Origin: a virus
Taxonomy: Duplodnaviria > Caudoviricetes
DNA length: 45,362 bases
Direction: 5' to 3' (one strand)
IMG/VR virus record: IMGVR_UViG_3300025387_000027
Location: 1 to 45,362 of that record
Below the pieces are notes generated by a model. The model was not told the origin of the DNA, searched no databases, and worked only from the letters and a program-made list of their open reading frames with translations. Shown in pieces: positions 25,671 to 35,643 of this stretch (its first letter is position 1; each line of letters begins with the position of its first letter). A program made the translations under genes and the position numbers.

Positions 25671-26034
25671 GATCGTTCCTTTCGAGATCAAGCTGAAATG
25701 CTGTATATTTTGGTTGAAACCCTATTTTTGGGACAATTCTCTCAAAGCCTTTACGGCCTATTGCTGTAATTGCTGATGCGCCAATTTCGTTTGCAAACCT
25801 TTTTAATTCTGGCAAATAACGCTCAACTGCCATTGCATAATTACCAGCAACAATAAAAATGTGTAGTTTTGTTGTGCGTGGATAATTAATAATTTCAGTT
25901 ATGACAGCGCATTGATTGTCTCCCCAATATTGAAGAGATCCATTTTGAATACCTTTTTCAATATCTTCTAAGGTATGTGTGCTGCCACCATGTTTAAGAG
26001 CTTTTTCAAAAAGCTGCTTTAAACTTTGTTTCAC
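25663..26034 (-). CDS. Hypothetical protein, GNAT-like fold
   Basis: AVITEIINYP...LHIFIVAG...GRKGF pattern; GTG start overlapping the terL stop. Confidence 0.6.
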   Translation of the reverse strand: MKQSLKQLFEKALKHGGSTHTLEDIEKGIQNGSLQYWGDNQCAVITEIINYPRTTKLHIFIVAGNYAMAVERYLPELKRFANEIGASAITAIGRKGFERIVPKIGFQPKYTAFQLDLERNDHE

Positions 26035-27608
26035 TTAGATTTCCGTTTTAATGAAGCATAACCAACATTTGCTGTTGATGGTCTTTCAGTCCAAGCTTTT
26101 AAGCGTTTTTTTAAAGCTATTTCGCCTTGCGCTAAAGCCATAACAACAGCATCGCCTTTGTCAGTCGATCTGCCTATTCGCTTACGAATGTCTTCTTTTG
26201 ACTCTATAAGAATGCCAGAACTGCCAAGGCTCCATGTAGGAGCGCACAAATCAGCGCGTAGATCAGGATCATGAGGCAATGCAATTTTAGATCCGCCTTC
26301 CTGATCTGGATTAAGGGCTTCTCTAAAGCGCCACCATACTTCCGCTCTCTTATTGCGGAAGGTAAGTTTTGATCCGTCATTTGCAACTGTTGTTGATTTG
26401 TTTGAAGCGTTAAATCGCTCACAAATTATACCATTGTCTTTTAGGCGGCTTAACGTGTCTCCGCCATAACCACCACCCATATCCAGAACGACGGGACAAT
26501 TATCGCGGCGATACTTGACAACAAGAGCCGCCACAGATGATCCATCAGGCGTATCCGACCCATTGACCGCAACAGGAGGCAAATAATATCCGCCATATCG
26601 ACACGCCACTACAGTTCTGTCAGAGCCGCCTTGAGCAATATCAACTGCCATGGCTGACATAAGGCCGCCTTCTGGCTTTCCATTTTTCCAGCGCGCCTCT
26701 GCCGCAATGACCCATTGCGTAGGAATGACTTGAAAATCAGCATCAGCTCGCGCGGCCATAAAGTTACCGTCACGAACAGCCGATCTAATTGGCTCTGGCA
26801 GGCCGTCAAGCTTAGCCTGATAGCCAGAGTTAATTAGATAAGGATTGTCCTTTAAGCTTGCCGGAATAAATGTCCGGCTCATTGGAATACTTGGACCTGA
26901 CGAGCCAGGTAAATTAACCGGCTCTGGTCCATCTACTTCTAAATCACTGCCGTCTGGAGCAGTAACATACCAGCGCAACTCGCCATGCTTGGCAGGGTTG
27001 CCATGTGTCAGATCTAACCATGGGCGAAATACGCCAATAATCCAGTCGCCTTCCGCATCCACTGGAGGGTTGGTCGCCAGCAATGCTCTGACACGTTGAT
27101 TTTGATCTGTCGTTCTCAACCAGCCAAGATGGAACCTGACTTGCAACTCCAAAAATTGAGTAGCCTCGTCAAAAACTTTCAAATCAAATGGATGGCCTTG
27201 CCAGTCTTGCTCGTCTCCGAGGTGCTGGTTTCCGGCAAACTGAATGTATCGTCCGTCTTCTGTCCTCAAAAGAGGCGGTGGCGATCCATTGTAGCCTGAC
27301 CGCGTTCCATTAATTTCAATGGCGCGTTCCGTCAGAGCTGACAGGTTTGCATATTTACGGCGTAAAACTAGCGACCGACGGTGTGCGGTAAACGCCAATC
27401 CAAGGCCAAGATCGGATTTGCCGCCACCGCCCATACCACCATAAAGCAGTATGTCAGCAGGACAAAAATACGCTCTTGTTTGTGCGCCAGGGGAGGGTAG
27501 CCATTTATAACCAGACGTGGCTGCCGCAGCGCGTTCATATAACGCTTTACGCTCTGCCTCTGGCAAGCCGTCAAGGCTCGCCATAAGGTCATTAAGAACT
27601 TGCGACAA
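26031..27608 (-). CDS. terL: Terminase large subunit
   Basis: Walker A YGGMGGGGKS, Walker B VFDEAT, ATNP coupling motif, nuclease AVDIAQGGSD and STDKGDA. Confidence 0.95.
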   Translation of the reverse strand: MSQVLNDLMASLDGLPEAERKALYERAAAATSGYKWLPSPGAQTRAYFCPADILLYGGMGGGGKSDLGLGLAFTAHRRSLVLRRKYANLSALTERAIEINGTRSGYNGSPPPLLRTEDGRYIQFAGNQHLGDEQDWQGHPFDLKVFDEATQFLELQVRFHLGWLRTTDQNQRVRALLATNPPVDAEGDWIIGVFRPWLDLTHGNPAKHGELRWYVTAPDGSDLEVDGPEPVNLPGSSGPSIPMSRTFIPASLKDNPYLINSGYQAKLDGLPEPIRSAVRDGNFMAARADADFQVIPTQWVIAAEARWKNGKPEGGLMSAMAVDIAQGGSDRTVVACRYGGYYLPPVAVNGSDTPDGSSVAALVVKYRRDNCPVVLDMGGGYGGDTLSRLKDNGIICERFNASNKSTTVANDGSKLTFRNKRAEVWWRFREALNPDQEGGSKIALPHDPDLRADLCAPTWSLGSSGILIESKEDIRKRIGRSTDKGDAVVMALAQGEIALKKRLKAWTERPSTANVGYASLKRKSK

Positions 27609-27614
27609 AAGCTA

Positions 27615-28061
27615 TTAGCCGTAGTTGGCCGTAGCAAGAGTCAAGAGTGAAAGATGATCTGGGATAATGTTAGCGACGACAGTGAATGCCGTTTTAGCCG
27701 TGTCAGTGATTGACAGGACTGCAACACCAGATGAGTTAGTCTGGACAATGATGGACTTTTTAGCGGTTGGCTGACCAAGATCAGCGCCAGTCGTGCATGT
27801 CACTGCGCCAGAAGCGGTCGTAGCCGTAAGACCAGCGCCGTTCGTAGCATCGTCTGACAGCGTGACAAGGAATGAACGAACAGCAGCCACGGCTACGTTT
27901 TCGTGATCGACAAGCTGAAACGTGACTTTTGTTGCGTTTGTGCCGTTCGTAGCGGCGGTCATTGTTACGTCTGACCAGCGGCCTTGAGCAAGAACGCGGT
28001 TAGCAAGTGATAAGCCCAAACGACGACCATGCAATTCAGTAAGTGTATATGGAGCTGGCAT
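27615..28061 (-). CDS. Putative virion protein, beta-rich/Ig-like
   Basis: Thr/Ala/Val-rich, strong AAAGGA RBS. Confidence 0.55.
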   Translation of the reverse strand: MPAPYTLTELHGRRLGLSLANRVLAQGRWSDVTMTAATNGTNATKVTFQLVDHENVAVAAVRSFLVTLSDDATNGAGLTATTASGAVTCTTGADLGQPTAKKSIIVQTNSSGVAVLSITDTAKTAFTVVANIIPDHLSLLTLATANYG

Positions 28062-28102
28062 TATGTTTCCTTTCCGATATTTTCGCTAAATGCGTCCGCG
28101 AA

Positions 28103-29158
28103 CTAGAAATATGAATATCCACCGACTCCGTTCACGGACGCGGAGCCAATAGCGGCGGCAATTGCTTGAGGTGGGATAGCCACGCCAAGAGAAGATCCGG
28201 CTGCGTTTGCAATACCGAAACCATAATTAATCATTATTCCTAAAGATAAACCTGATGCTGATGCTTTTGACTTAGCAATAGCAGAGCTAACAAAAGTTCC
28301 TGTGCTTGTGTTATTACAAATAAACGGTTCGGCAACTTTCCAAATTGCGACAAAATTACCTGTTGCTATTGCATCTAAAGAATAGCCAGGAACAAAAACA
28401 GATGGTTGTAAAACACCTGTTCCATCAGCGTTAGCAATTGCTTGCGCAAACGAAGAGTAAGCCCATGCTGCAGGCATAAAGCCAGAAGCGCTGGATGTTG
28501 CCGATCCAACGCCTGTTACAGCATAAGGACTTATAAAACCGCTACTTGAAGAACCTGTTGCGCTAACAGAACGAGAGGCAAATGTTGCCGCAAGACCTAC
28601 GGCTTTAGCATTATTTAAAAGTGTTGAACCAAAAGCTATAGGCGATCGAGCAAGAACTTCTGCGCCTAAAACGTTGGTTTCGGCAATTCCATTTAATGAA
28701 CTACTAGAACTACCAACCGATTGAAGGGCATTAGCTCCAACGCCTGCAGCGCTTGAACCAGCAATTGAATTTCCAACACCTGTTAATCCGTTAGAAATTC
28801 GAACTGAAATATATGTAGAAGCTATCGGACCCCATAATATTGGAGCCGAAGCAATTGGACCACCAAGATTGTCAAACGCAACACTATTAGAATACGCCAG
28901 TCCGTAAGTAGACCCTGACGAAAATAATTTTGCTTGATTTAATGATGCGCCGACTACATTAGTCGAAACTATTCCAAAGGCATTTGCTTGCGTAATAGCT
29001 TTAGATGCGCCAGTTCCTAAAACTGTCGCAACGCCAACAACTGAAAAAACACCAACTTTTGCTGCTACACCAACAGCAAGGGTTGCTGCAGTGCCGGTTG
29101 CGGCAGCAACCGAATATGCTGTAGATAAATTTTGACGATAAAGCGTAAGAAGAGACAA
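28103..29158 (-). CDS. Ala/Gly/Ser-rich fibre-module protein
   Basis: TTG start with GGGGGAG RBS; extended small-residue composition. Confidence 0.6.
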   Translation of the reverse strand: MSLLTLYRQNLSTAYSVAAATGTAATLAVGVAAKVGVFSVVGVATVLGTGASKAITQANAFGIVSTNVVGASLNQAKLFSSGSTYGLAYSNSVAFDNLGGPIASAPILWGPIASTYISVRISNGLTGVGNSIAGSSAAGVGANALQSVGSSSSSLNGIAETNVLGAEVLARSPIAFGSTLLNNAKAVGLAATFASRSVSATGSSSSGFISPYAVTGVGSATSSASGFMPAAWAYSSFAQAIANADGTGVLQPSVFVPGYSLDAIATGNFVAIWKVAEPFICNNTSTGTFVSSAIAKSKASASGLSLGIMINYGFGIANAAGSSLGVAIPPQAIAAAIGSASVNGVGGYSYF

Positions 29159-29202
29159 ATCAGCTCCCCCCTTACGCTATTAGTTTGTGACCTTAATTAA
29201 AG

Positions 29203-29973
29203 TTAGCGAACCCAGAAACCAATCTCTGGAGCAAACGTCGCGGCAGAAGGCGTAGACATTACTGGATACCAAAGATAAACAAGAGCTGTTTGGTTGGGGC
29301 CAATAATAACAGGCGGTAAACCTTGTGGAATCACGTTTGCAACACCTGACGTAATTGAAATTTGGCCAGAAGCACTTTGCTCCACACCGCCAAAATTTAA
29401 CAACCATGTGTCGCCAATTACATTTATAACAGATGCAGATAAAGCAGGTCGAATATTCCTAATGCCAACGACAGTTCTGGCGTTAGCTGATGCAGCTGTA
29501 GCAGTCACAGCGCCAGAATAAATAATGACGTTAGACGCAGCAGAAGTAGCCATGTTTGGAGATACTGGCGAAAGAGATGTGCCGCCTGATGAATATCTGT
29601 TGCCTTGGTCAACAACTACGCCAATAGCCGTATAACCAGCGGTTGTCGCTGAGGCGCCTGCAGCAATTGCAACAAGACCAATATAATCAAGATAGACTCT
29701 CAAGTTGGTGTTGTTGTTATATACCGTAAACATCGGCGCGGTTGCCGTGTAAGACGTGTTGTAAGCAGACGCCAGACCTGTTTGCGCGTTGTTTGCTACA
29801 TAATACGAGCCTTCGTCTGCCAAAACATGCGATTTACGAATGGCTGGCATCGTAAATACTTCGCCGTATGATCCTTGACGAACTGCAACGTCGTTGTTGA
29901 AACCGTCTGGATTTAGAGAAGGTAAAGCGCGTGAGACAATTCCCTTGATAAGCGCCTGTGGTGAAAGTGCCAT
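29203..29973 (-). CDS. Putative virion structural protein
   Basis: 256 aa beta-rich ORF, TAATG-coupled to the upstream gene. Confidence 0.6.
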   Translation of the reverse strand: MALSPQALIKGIVSRALPSLNPDGFNNDVAVRQGSYGEVFTMPAIRKSHVLADEGSYYVANNAQTGLASAYNTSYTATAPMFTVYNNNTNLRVYLDYIGLVAIAAGASATTAGYTAIGVVVDQGNRYSSGGTSLSPVSPNMATSAASNVIIYSGAVTATAASANARTVVGIRNIRPALSASVINVIGDTWLLNFGGVEQSASGQISITSGVANVIPQGLPPVIIGPNQTALVYLWYPVMSTPSAATFAPEIGFWVR

Positions 29974-30302
29974 TAGTTAGCTCCTAGTAAGAATGATGGA
30001 TATTCAACTGGTAGAAAGCCATTTAAAGCGGCAGCGCGAACCTGAGCTAATTCCAAATAAGCCGCCTGCGCTTGTAATATTGCGTATGGATCAATTACTG
30101 TTACAGGCGTTTGATCTGACGCAATAACAACAGGAATAGATAGCAAGCTAGTTTTTTGACCAGCATTAATCAAATATTCAGCGTTTGAAGAAACGCCACC
30201 AAAGTCTAATTGAACAACTTGTGTTTTAGCGCCAGCTCCACGATCAACATCACGAACTGTATCGCCCCCAGAACCAGGGTTAATTACTGTATTATCGGCC
30301 AT
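29973..30302 (-). CDS. Putative fibre-module protein
   Basis: MADNTVINPGSGG...QVVQLDFG...SIPVVIASDQ, GAGG RBS. Confidence 0.6.
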   Translation of the reverse strand: MADNTVINPGSGGDTVRDVDRGAGAKTQVVQLDFGGVSSNAEYLINAGQKTSLLSIPVVIASDQTPVTVIDPYAILQAQAAYLELAQVRAAALNGFLPVEYPSFLLGAN

Positions 30303-30311
30303 TTAATTTCC

Positions 30312-30749
30312 TCAGACGGATAAATTATTTGCGTCAATAAAAAATTGATCTACTTGAGCATCTGTCAAATTTAATGTTTTAGCCAACAAGCTAATTGCTG
30401 CAGAATTTCTATTGGCAAAATTGCCATACTCCCATAGCGTTTTTAAAGCGATGTCAGTAGAAGCATCTATTGCCGCCTGCGCTTGGCCTAATAAATTATT
30501 GTTAATTAAAACAACGCGAACAGCCCACAAAGGAACTTGCAAAGGAACATTCGGAGCAGGGGCGTCCATTTGCCATTCAATTATTTTATGTCCAGAATAA
30601 TCTGTTTCTAATTGAGGACTTATTATATGATCGCCATTTGGCAAAACAATCGTATTAGGGAAATTTGGTAACTGTCCCCATATTCCACCCCATGATTCAA
30701 TTACTGAATCATCAGATGATTTGACAAGTTTATAGCCAACGGTTTGCAT
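30312..30749 (-). CDS. Tail-fibre-associated protein (chaperone-like C-terminal domain)
   Basis: WEYGNFANRNS...LNLTDAQVDQFFIDA; follows the Gly-rich fibre gene. Confidence 0.65.
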   Translation of the reverse strand: MQTVGYKLVKSSDDSVIESWGGIWGQLPNFPNTIVLPNGDHIISPQLETDYSGHKIIEWQMDAPAPNVPLQVPLWAVRVVLINNNLLGQAQAAIDASTDIALKTLWEYGNFANRNSAAISLLAKTLNLTDAQVDQFFIDANNLSV

Positions 30750-30751
30750 AG

Positions 30752-31606
30752 TTACATTCCTAACATTGGCATGTTCATACCGGATGGTTTTAAAGGAACA
30801 TATGTAATGATAATAATTCCGTCAGAACCAGAGGATTTTGCAGAATAAAAATAATAGTTTGAAGAATCAAAGTTTCCTGCTCCAGCGCCACCTGCACCGT
30901 ATAATCCAGGGACAGGTGTTGGCAACGCGCCTACTCCTGAAAATGCGGATGTCGCTCCTCCGCCAGAACCGGCATAAATAGTTCCGTTAAAATATTCAGT
31001 TCCATTTGTTGCAGAGGCTACCGTTCCGTTATCAGCAGCTCCTCCAGTAGATCCTGAACCTGTAGCCGCAGTTGCCGCATTTCCACCATTTCCATTAGGG
31101 CCTGCCGCGCCGCCACCGCCACCGCCAGGTGCTGCCGGAGTAACGCCAACTCCATTCCCAAAATAAAAACCACTTGCCCCATTACCACCACTATATTTTA
31201 TTGTTCCAACGCAAGATGTTGAGGAGCCTCCTAATCCGAAACTAGCTGTTGTTCCAGCTTGTCCTCCTTGCGCAAACAAAGTTGACGTATTTAAGAAATA
31301 TGTATTTGCTCCAGAAGCATATGAACCATACGTTGAGCTGCTAGATGCACCAATTTGATACGATATGCTTGCGCCTGGCGTCAAAGTTATGTTTGAAATT
31401 GACGCAAACGCACCACCACCGCCACCACAACCGCCAGTGCTACTAATTATTGGTAAATAATATGGCGGTCCTATATTACCTATTATTATTCCAAAAGAAC
31501 CGTCGCCACCGTAACCTCCAGCGCCAATAGCCGCTATTGTATTAACTGCAGAAAAATCATTTGGAACAGTCCAAGACGTTCCTGATGTTAAAAATATAAC
31601 AGTCAT
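30752..31606 (-). CDS. Glycine-rich fibre/receptor-binding protein
   Basis: TSGTSWTVP start, GGGGG tracts, GSDGIIIITY end typical of phage Gly-rich domains. Confidence 0.78.
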   Translation of the reverse strand: MTVIFLTSGTSWTVPNDFSAVNTIAAIGAGGYGGDGSFGIIIGNIGPPYYLPIISSTGGCGGGGGAFASISNITLTPGASISYQIGASSSSTYGSYASGANTYFLNTSTLFAQGGQAGTTASFGLGGSSTSCVGTIKYSGGNGASGFYFGNGVGVTPAAPGGGGGGAAGPNGNGGNAATAATGSGSTGGAADNGTVASATNGTEYFNGTIYAGSGGGATSAFSGVGALPTPVPGLYGAGGAGAGNFDSSNYYFYSAKSSGSDGIIIITYVPLKPSGMNMPMLGM

Positions 31607-33012
31607 TGCAGGGCTTTAAACATATATGTTGCAACGCTATTTATGCGTCGAATCATCAAAATGTATTTGTTTGAAGCGGTTGTTGCGTACGTATCGCCAC
31701 CGCCGCCTGTTGGTGCGGTAAAACCACTCATTGTGATGGTTCCGCCGCCAGTACCGGAATTGGTAATAAGAATATCAATCGCGCAATCGCTTGATGGTGC
31801 ATTTAATGTATGAGCGCCATTGTTGGTATAATATTGATAATTTCCATTAGCAGAATTAAACGTTATTGTCCCACTTGAAATTGTTCCAATGCTATACGGA
31901 GAAACTGTGTATCCAATAGAAATGTTAGAGGTAGTGGATGGAGATACAACAGCAGCCCAAGAAGTCGCGCCAGACCCATCTGTTTGTAAAGCATACCCTA
32001 ATGTTCCGTTGCTTGATGGCAACTGAAAAACAGTTGAGGTGCCAGCAGCAGCAGCAGCTTTTAACGTAACAGATCCAGATGTAGAGCCATAAAAAGTAGC
32101 AATACCTAAATTGCCGCCATTTGCTCCCAAGTAAATAGACGAAGTTGAACCTGTAAAACTATTTGAAGCTGTCCATACGTTTGACCCACTAAGTCCGGCC
32201 ATTGTTGCGTTAGTCGATGGAAACGTAATTGTGGTTCCATCTGTTCCAGCAAAAGTCAATGTATTACTTGCTGTTAAGGTTTTACCATCAGCTATCGTTA
32301 GCGTCGCGCCTGTCGCTGGCGCAGAAATTGTTATTTTATTAACGCTTGTCGCTGACGCAACGCCAAGGGTAGGCGTCGTAAGGGTTGGGTTTGTTGCAAG
32401 AACAGCACTTCCTGTGCCTGTGACAGCCGTTAATTGCGTTCCATTAATTTTAAACACATTGCCGGTTGCGGCTGTGTCAAAAGTTTTATTTGTCAGCGTG
32501 TCTGTTGTAGCTTTTCCAACAAACGTGTCAGAAGTTGCTGGAAGCGTCAGCGTTGTTGCTGTTCCAGCGACAGCATTTGCCTGAATTGTAACAGAGCCAG
32601 ACGTTGAGCCGTAAAATTGAATTGAGCCTAAATTTCCGCCATTTAAACCAAATGAAAATTGCGGTGACGTTCCAGTAAAATTTGTTTGATTTCCAGCCAG
32701 AATAAAATCAGCAGCGCTAGGCGAAAGCATTGCTATAGCAGAAGAGGTGGCTGATATTTTTGATGTGCCGCCAGCGCTTGATGCTAATACCGTATTTCTG
32801 ACAAGCCTTGTGCCAGAAACATAATAAACGCCTATCCCAATTTCCCAATTATTATTATATGGATCTTCAATAACATAAGGGCAGCTATCGCCGTCGTTGA
32901 GAGCGCTATTAAAAGATAAAAATCCACTTACAGGGCTACCAAGAGTTACGTCGCCAACGCCAGGCGCTCCAACAACGCTCATTTTTATTCGGTTGCCAAG
33001 CTTATATGTCAT
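31603..33012 (-). CDS. Tail fibre protein
   Basis: N-terminal NRIK...TLG...GFLSF...WEIGIGVY...RNTVLASS anchor domain; TDTLTNKT and PTLTTPTLG shaft motifs; internal duplication GxNGGNLG..FYGSTSGSVT. Confidence 0.8.
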   Translation of the reverse strand: MTYKLGNRIKMSVVGAPGVGDVTLGSPVSGFLSFNSALNDGDSCPYVIEDPYNNNWEIGIGVYYVSGTRLVRNTVLASSAGGTSKISATSSAIAMLSPSAADFILAGNQTNFTGTSPQFSFGLNGGNLGSIQFYGSTSGSVTIQANAVAGTATTLTLPATSDTFVGKATTDTLTNKTFDTAATGNVFKINGTQLTAVTGTGSAVLATNPTLTTPTLGVASATSVNKITISAPATGATLTIADGKTLTASNTLTFAGTDGTTITFPSTNATMAGLSGSNVWTASNSFTGSTSSIYLGANGGNLGIATFYGSTSGSVTLKAAAAAGTSTVFQLPSSNGTLGYALQTDGSGATSWAAVVSPSTTSNISIGYTVSPYSIGTISSGTITFNSANGNYQYYTNNGAHTLNAPSSDCAIDILITNSGTGGGTITMSGFTAPTGGGGDTYATTASNKYILMIRRINSVATYMFKALQ

Positions 33013-33030
33013 TGCGGCGACCTAGCTTTA

Positions 33031-33459
33031 TTAGGACTCGGTAATCGTCGAAGCTGTGGTCAACTGAGGCGTAACGCCAGAAGCAACAGCAATATTGGGC
33101 GTAACAGTGCCGGTATAAAGAATTTCGCCTGTTCCTGTTGAAGCCGTGCCAACGGCAAAGTTTGTAATGGTTGCAGAACCAGCCGTGCATTGGCCAAAGC
33201 TGATCGTCGCATAAGGCGATACGCTATTGCCTGTTACCGTCCAACCAGAAGAAGAACGCGCTACAGCTACGCGAGCATAACCTGTATAACTTGCTTCATT
33301 GCTTGTTTGATTGCCTGACGCGGTAGGATCTGCCGTATGAAGGCTAACATACAAATTCGTCAAAGGAGACGTAGCCGTGTTGTCTGCGATATTTGTAATG
33401 CCGGTAGCATTGAAAATCAGCGCCAATAACTGATTATCAAATGTTGAACCCTTTGCCAT
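33031..33459 (-). CDS. Fibre-module structural protein (LYVSLHTADP family)
   Basis: LYVSLHTADP...NEASYTGYARVAV motif, commonly next to phage fibre genes. Confidence 0.75.
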   Translation of the reverse strand: MAKGSTFDNQLLALIFNATGITNIADNTATSPLTNLYVSLHTADPTASGNQTSNEASYTGYARVAVARSSSGWTVTGNSVSPYATISFGQCTAGSATITNFAVGTASTGTGEILYTGTVTPNIAVASGVTPQLTTASTITES

Positions 33460-33471
33460 GTCAATCTATCC

Positions 33472-33831
33472 TTATTGATCGCGGCCACGAAGAAAAACGT
33501 AAACCGTCAATGCTGTTGTGCCATCGCCAGCCGTAACAGTAGGGCGAATATATTCCGTCGATTGCTGAATGCTTTTAATGCCAGCAGCCGTAAATGTAAG
33601 GTTTGTTCCGCTTTGATCTGTCAGTGTAGCCCAAGTCGTGCCGCCGTCATTTGAGCCTTGCAGCGTTACAGAGCCGCCTGTGCCAAATGTACCAAGCACC
33701 TGCACAGAACGTGTAGGGTAATCGTTGAGATCTACAGCAGCGCCAGAGTCGCCATTTGCTAATGGCGCCCATTTAATCTTGTTTGTAGAAAGTATCGTCG
33801 TCGGAACGAGGACGGAAGAAATTGTAGCCAT
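33472..33831 (-). CDS. Putative virion protein, beta-sandwich
   Basis: SVQVLGTFG..SVTLQGSNDG..W...YIRP pattern. Confidence 0.65.
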   Translation of the reverse strand: MATISSVLVPTTILSTNKIKWAPLANGDSGAAVDLNDYPTRSVQVLGTFGTGGSVTLQGSNDGGTTWATLTDQSGTNLTFTAAGIKSIQQSTEYIRPTVTAGDGTTALTVYVFLRGRDQ

Positions 33832-33833
33832 AA

Positions 33834-34460
33834 TTAATCCTCTTTGCCCTCTGGTTGAGAGTGCTTAGATAGTTCAAGAATGAATGCGATTTGACGCGCG
33901 CTTTCTAAAGGCGTTATTTCCTTTGCTTCTAGCTTTTCGCCGCCTGATGTAATGTCTGTTTGAACCCTGTCAGAAAAACGCGCAGGATCGAGCTTGCCAG
34001 CAATCCACTTACGATTGTCAGCTCTTAGCTTTGAACGCGCAATTAGCTCATAATTAACGGAGCCATCAGGCTTCACGTCTTCTTTTGCCTCGTCAGAGAT
34101 CTCAATGACCTCATCGGCATATATGCTTGCGCTTACCCTTCTGGCAGCGCGCATGTCAGCGCCAAACTCAGCATCACGCTCCTCTTCACGATGAACCGTA
34201 AAATAGGAAGGTATATGCTCGTCCTGGCATATATGCTTCATTAACTCGCCAGAGGCGACGCGCTGAACAATTTCTTCTTTCAGCTCAGCAGTCAGCTCTA
34301 TCTTGTTCCACTGATTGCGCCTCTTAGGAGGAATAACCTCCCCACTTAAAGGCTTTGCGCCAAAAATCTCTTCATCAGCCTGACGCTTAATTTCACGGTT
34401 GTAAGCCTTCCGAAATGCTTGCTTGCCTTTCGGAGCTTCACCCATATGCACGTCGCTCAT
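33834..34460 (-). CDS. terS: Terminase small subunit (Sf6/P22-like)
   Basis: EEIVQRVASGELMKHIC...P...TV HTH, ADEVIEISD, ARSKLRADNRKWIAGKLDP. Confidence 0.88.
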   Translation of the reverse strand: MSDVHMGEAPKGKQAFRKAYNREIKRQADEEIFGAKPLSGEVIPPKRRNQWNKIELTAELKEEIVQRVASGELMKHICQDEHIPSYFTVHREEERDAEFGADMRAARRVSASIYADEVIEISDEAKEDVKPDGSVNYELIARSKLRADNRKWIAGKLDPARFSDRVQTDITSGGEKLEAKEITPLESARQIAFILELSKHSQPEGKED

Positions 34461-34810
34461 TTAAGGAATTTAAGCTTATAATAAGTGCTGGCGAACATAG
34501 CTTCCAAATCATAAAGCATGTTCTCAATAGCGCCGTTCCCACGGCATATCTCATCACAATGCTCACCAAGCCATTTAGCTTCAGACTGAATCTGATCCAT
34601 AATAGCTTCGCGGCTATAGGGCAGGGGAGCAACAGGGCCAATCAATCCAAAATAACCCTGATACGCCTCAACGATACCATCCACCTTCTCAATGATCTCG
34701 TCGTAAAATTTACCTAGCGCCTTATGCTGCGCATAACTGCGAGACGCCCAATGCGCGACATGGCTTGCGTCCCTTAACGCAAACATGCGCCCAACGAACT
34801 CTTCGATCAT
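34457..34810 (-). CDS. Ferritin-like four-helix protein (DUF5856-like)
   Basis: HVAHW...SYAQHKALGKFYD...DGIVEAYQG...YKLKFLK. Confidence 0.8.
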   Translation of the reverse strand: MIEEFVGRMFALRDASHVAHWASRSYAQHKALGKFYDEIIEKVDGIVEAYQGYFGLIGPVAPLPYSREAIMDQIQSEAKWLGEHCDEICRGNGAIENMLYDLEAMFASTYYKLKFLK

Positions 34811-34813
34811 TAT

Positions 34814-35032
34814 TTAGACCCTTGAGGGCTTGTGACTTCCGGCAATGGTGCGAGAGTGCTTTTTCTGTCCGGCCCTCGCGGCGGAAAGCTCTTTAGCGTC
34901 CGAAGCGCGTTCAGCCGCACTTCCTTCTCTTTTGCCGGACTTACGGTCGGCTGACTTGTCGGCTTTTGATCGCTCATAAGACTTCATGCCTTTTGATCCT
35001 TGATAAGCAGTTTGTGGGGCCATGTTAGGCAT
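34814..35032 (-). CDS. Small basic hypothetical protein
   Basis: Lys/Arg/Ser-rich, TAATG-coupled, AAAGG RBS. Confidence 0.65.
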   Translation of the reverse strand: MPNMAPQTAYQGSKGMKSYERSKADKSADRKSGKREGSAAERASDAKELSAARAGQKKHSRTIAGSHKPSRV

Positions 35033-35643
35033 TATTGGCCGCCTTTCATGTAAGACTTTAAATTATCCAACATGCCGCGCTGCTTGTCCGTGAATTTAAA
35101 GTCGTCAATTACTCTTTGCGGCCATTGACCAACCGTATAACCTCGCATGACAGAATCCGTCATGTTTTGCATAGCGCGATCTTTTGATTGACCAGACTTA
35201 ATGCTGTCAGTGTAATCAGGCTCGCTTTGCATGATCTTTAGCTGACGAGGCGTAAAGGTGCCCTTTAAAGCTTCGCGTGTTGCGTTAGCTTTCGGATCAA
35301 CATGAAGAAATTCAGCCGCTAAATCATGGTGTGAGAATTTATCAGGACGATAAATTTCAATACCTGTATGATCCATAGGAAATTCATTGGGACGCTTAAA
35401 ATCCCCAGCACCTTCCTCGTTTGGACCAAACGTCTCTGCGTAACCAGCATTTGACCGAGGACTAATTTTAACATGAGGATTGTGCTGATTAATAAATGGA
35501 TATTCCTGACGCGCCTTTGTCAAAACATCAGGCTCTTGTGGTCCAGTTGGCATTGCAGAAGGTGGAGCAGGTGGGGTTGAAGGAGCAGGTGACGGAGCAG
35601 ACTGCTGAGCTAATTGAGCTAAGCTAGACTGCAACCCTGCCAT
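35032..35643 (-). CDS. Hypothetical protein
   Basis: TAATG-coupled start at 35643; Pro-rich N-terminus then globular domain. Confidence 0.7.
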   Translation of the reverse strand: MAGLQSSLAQLAQQSAPSPAPSTPPAPPSAMPTGPQEPDVLTKARQEYPFINQHNPHVKISPRSNAGYAETFGPNEEGAGDFKRPNEFPMDHTGIEIYRPDKFSHHDLAAEFLHVDPKANATREALKGTFTPRQLKIMQSEPDYTDSIKSGQSKDRAMQNMTDSVMRGYTVGQWPQRVIDDFKFTDKQRGMLDNLKSYMKGGQ

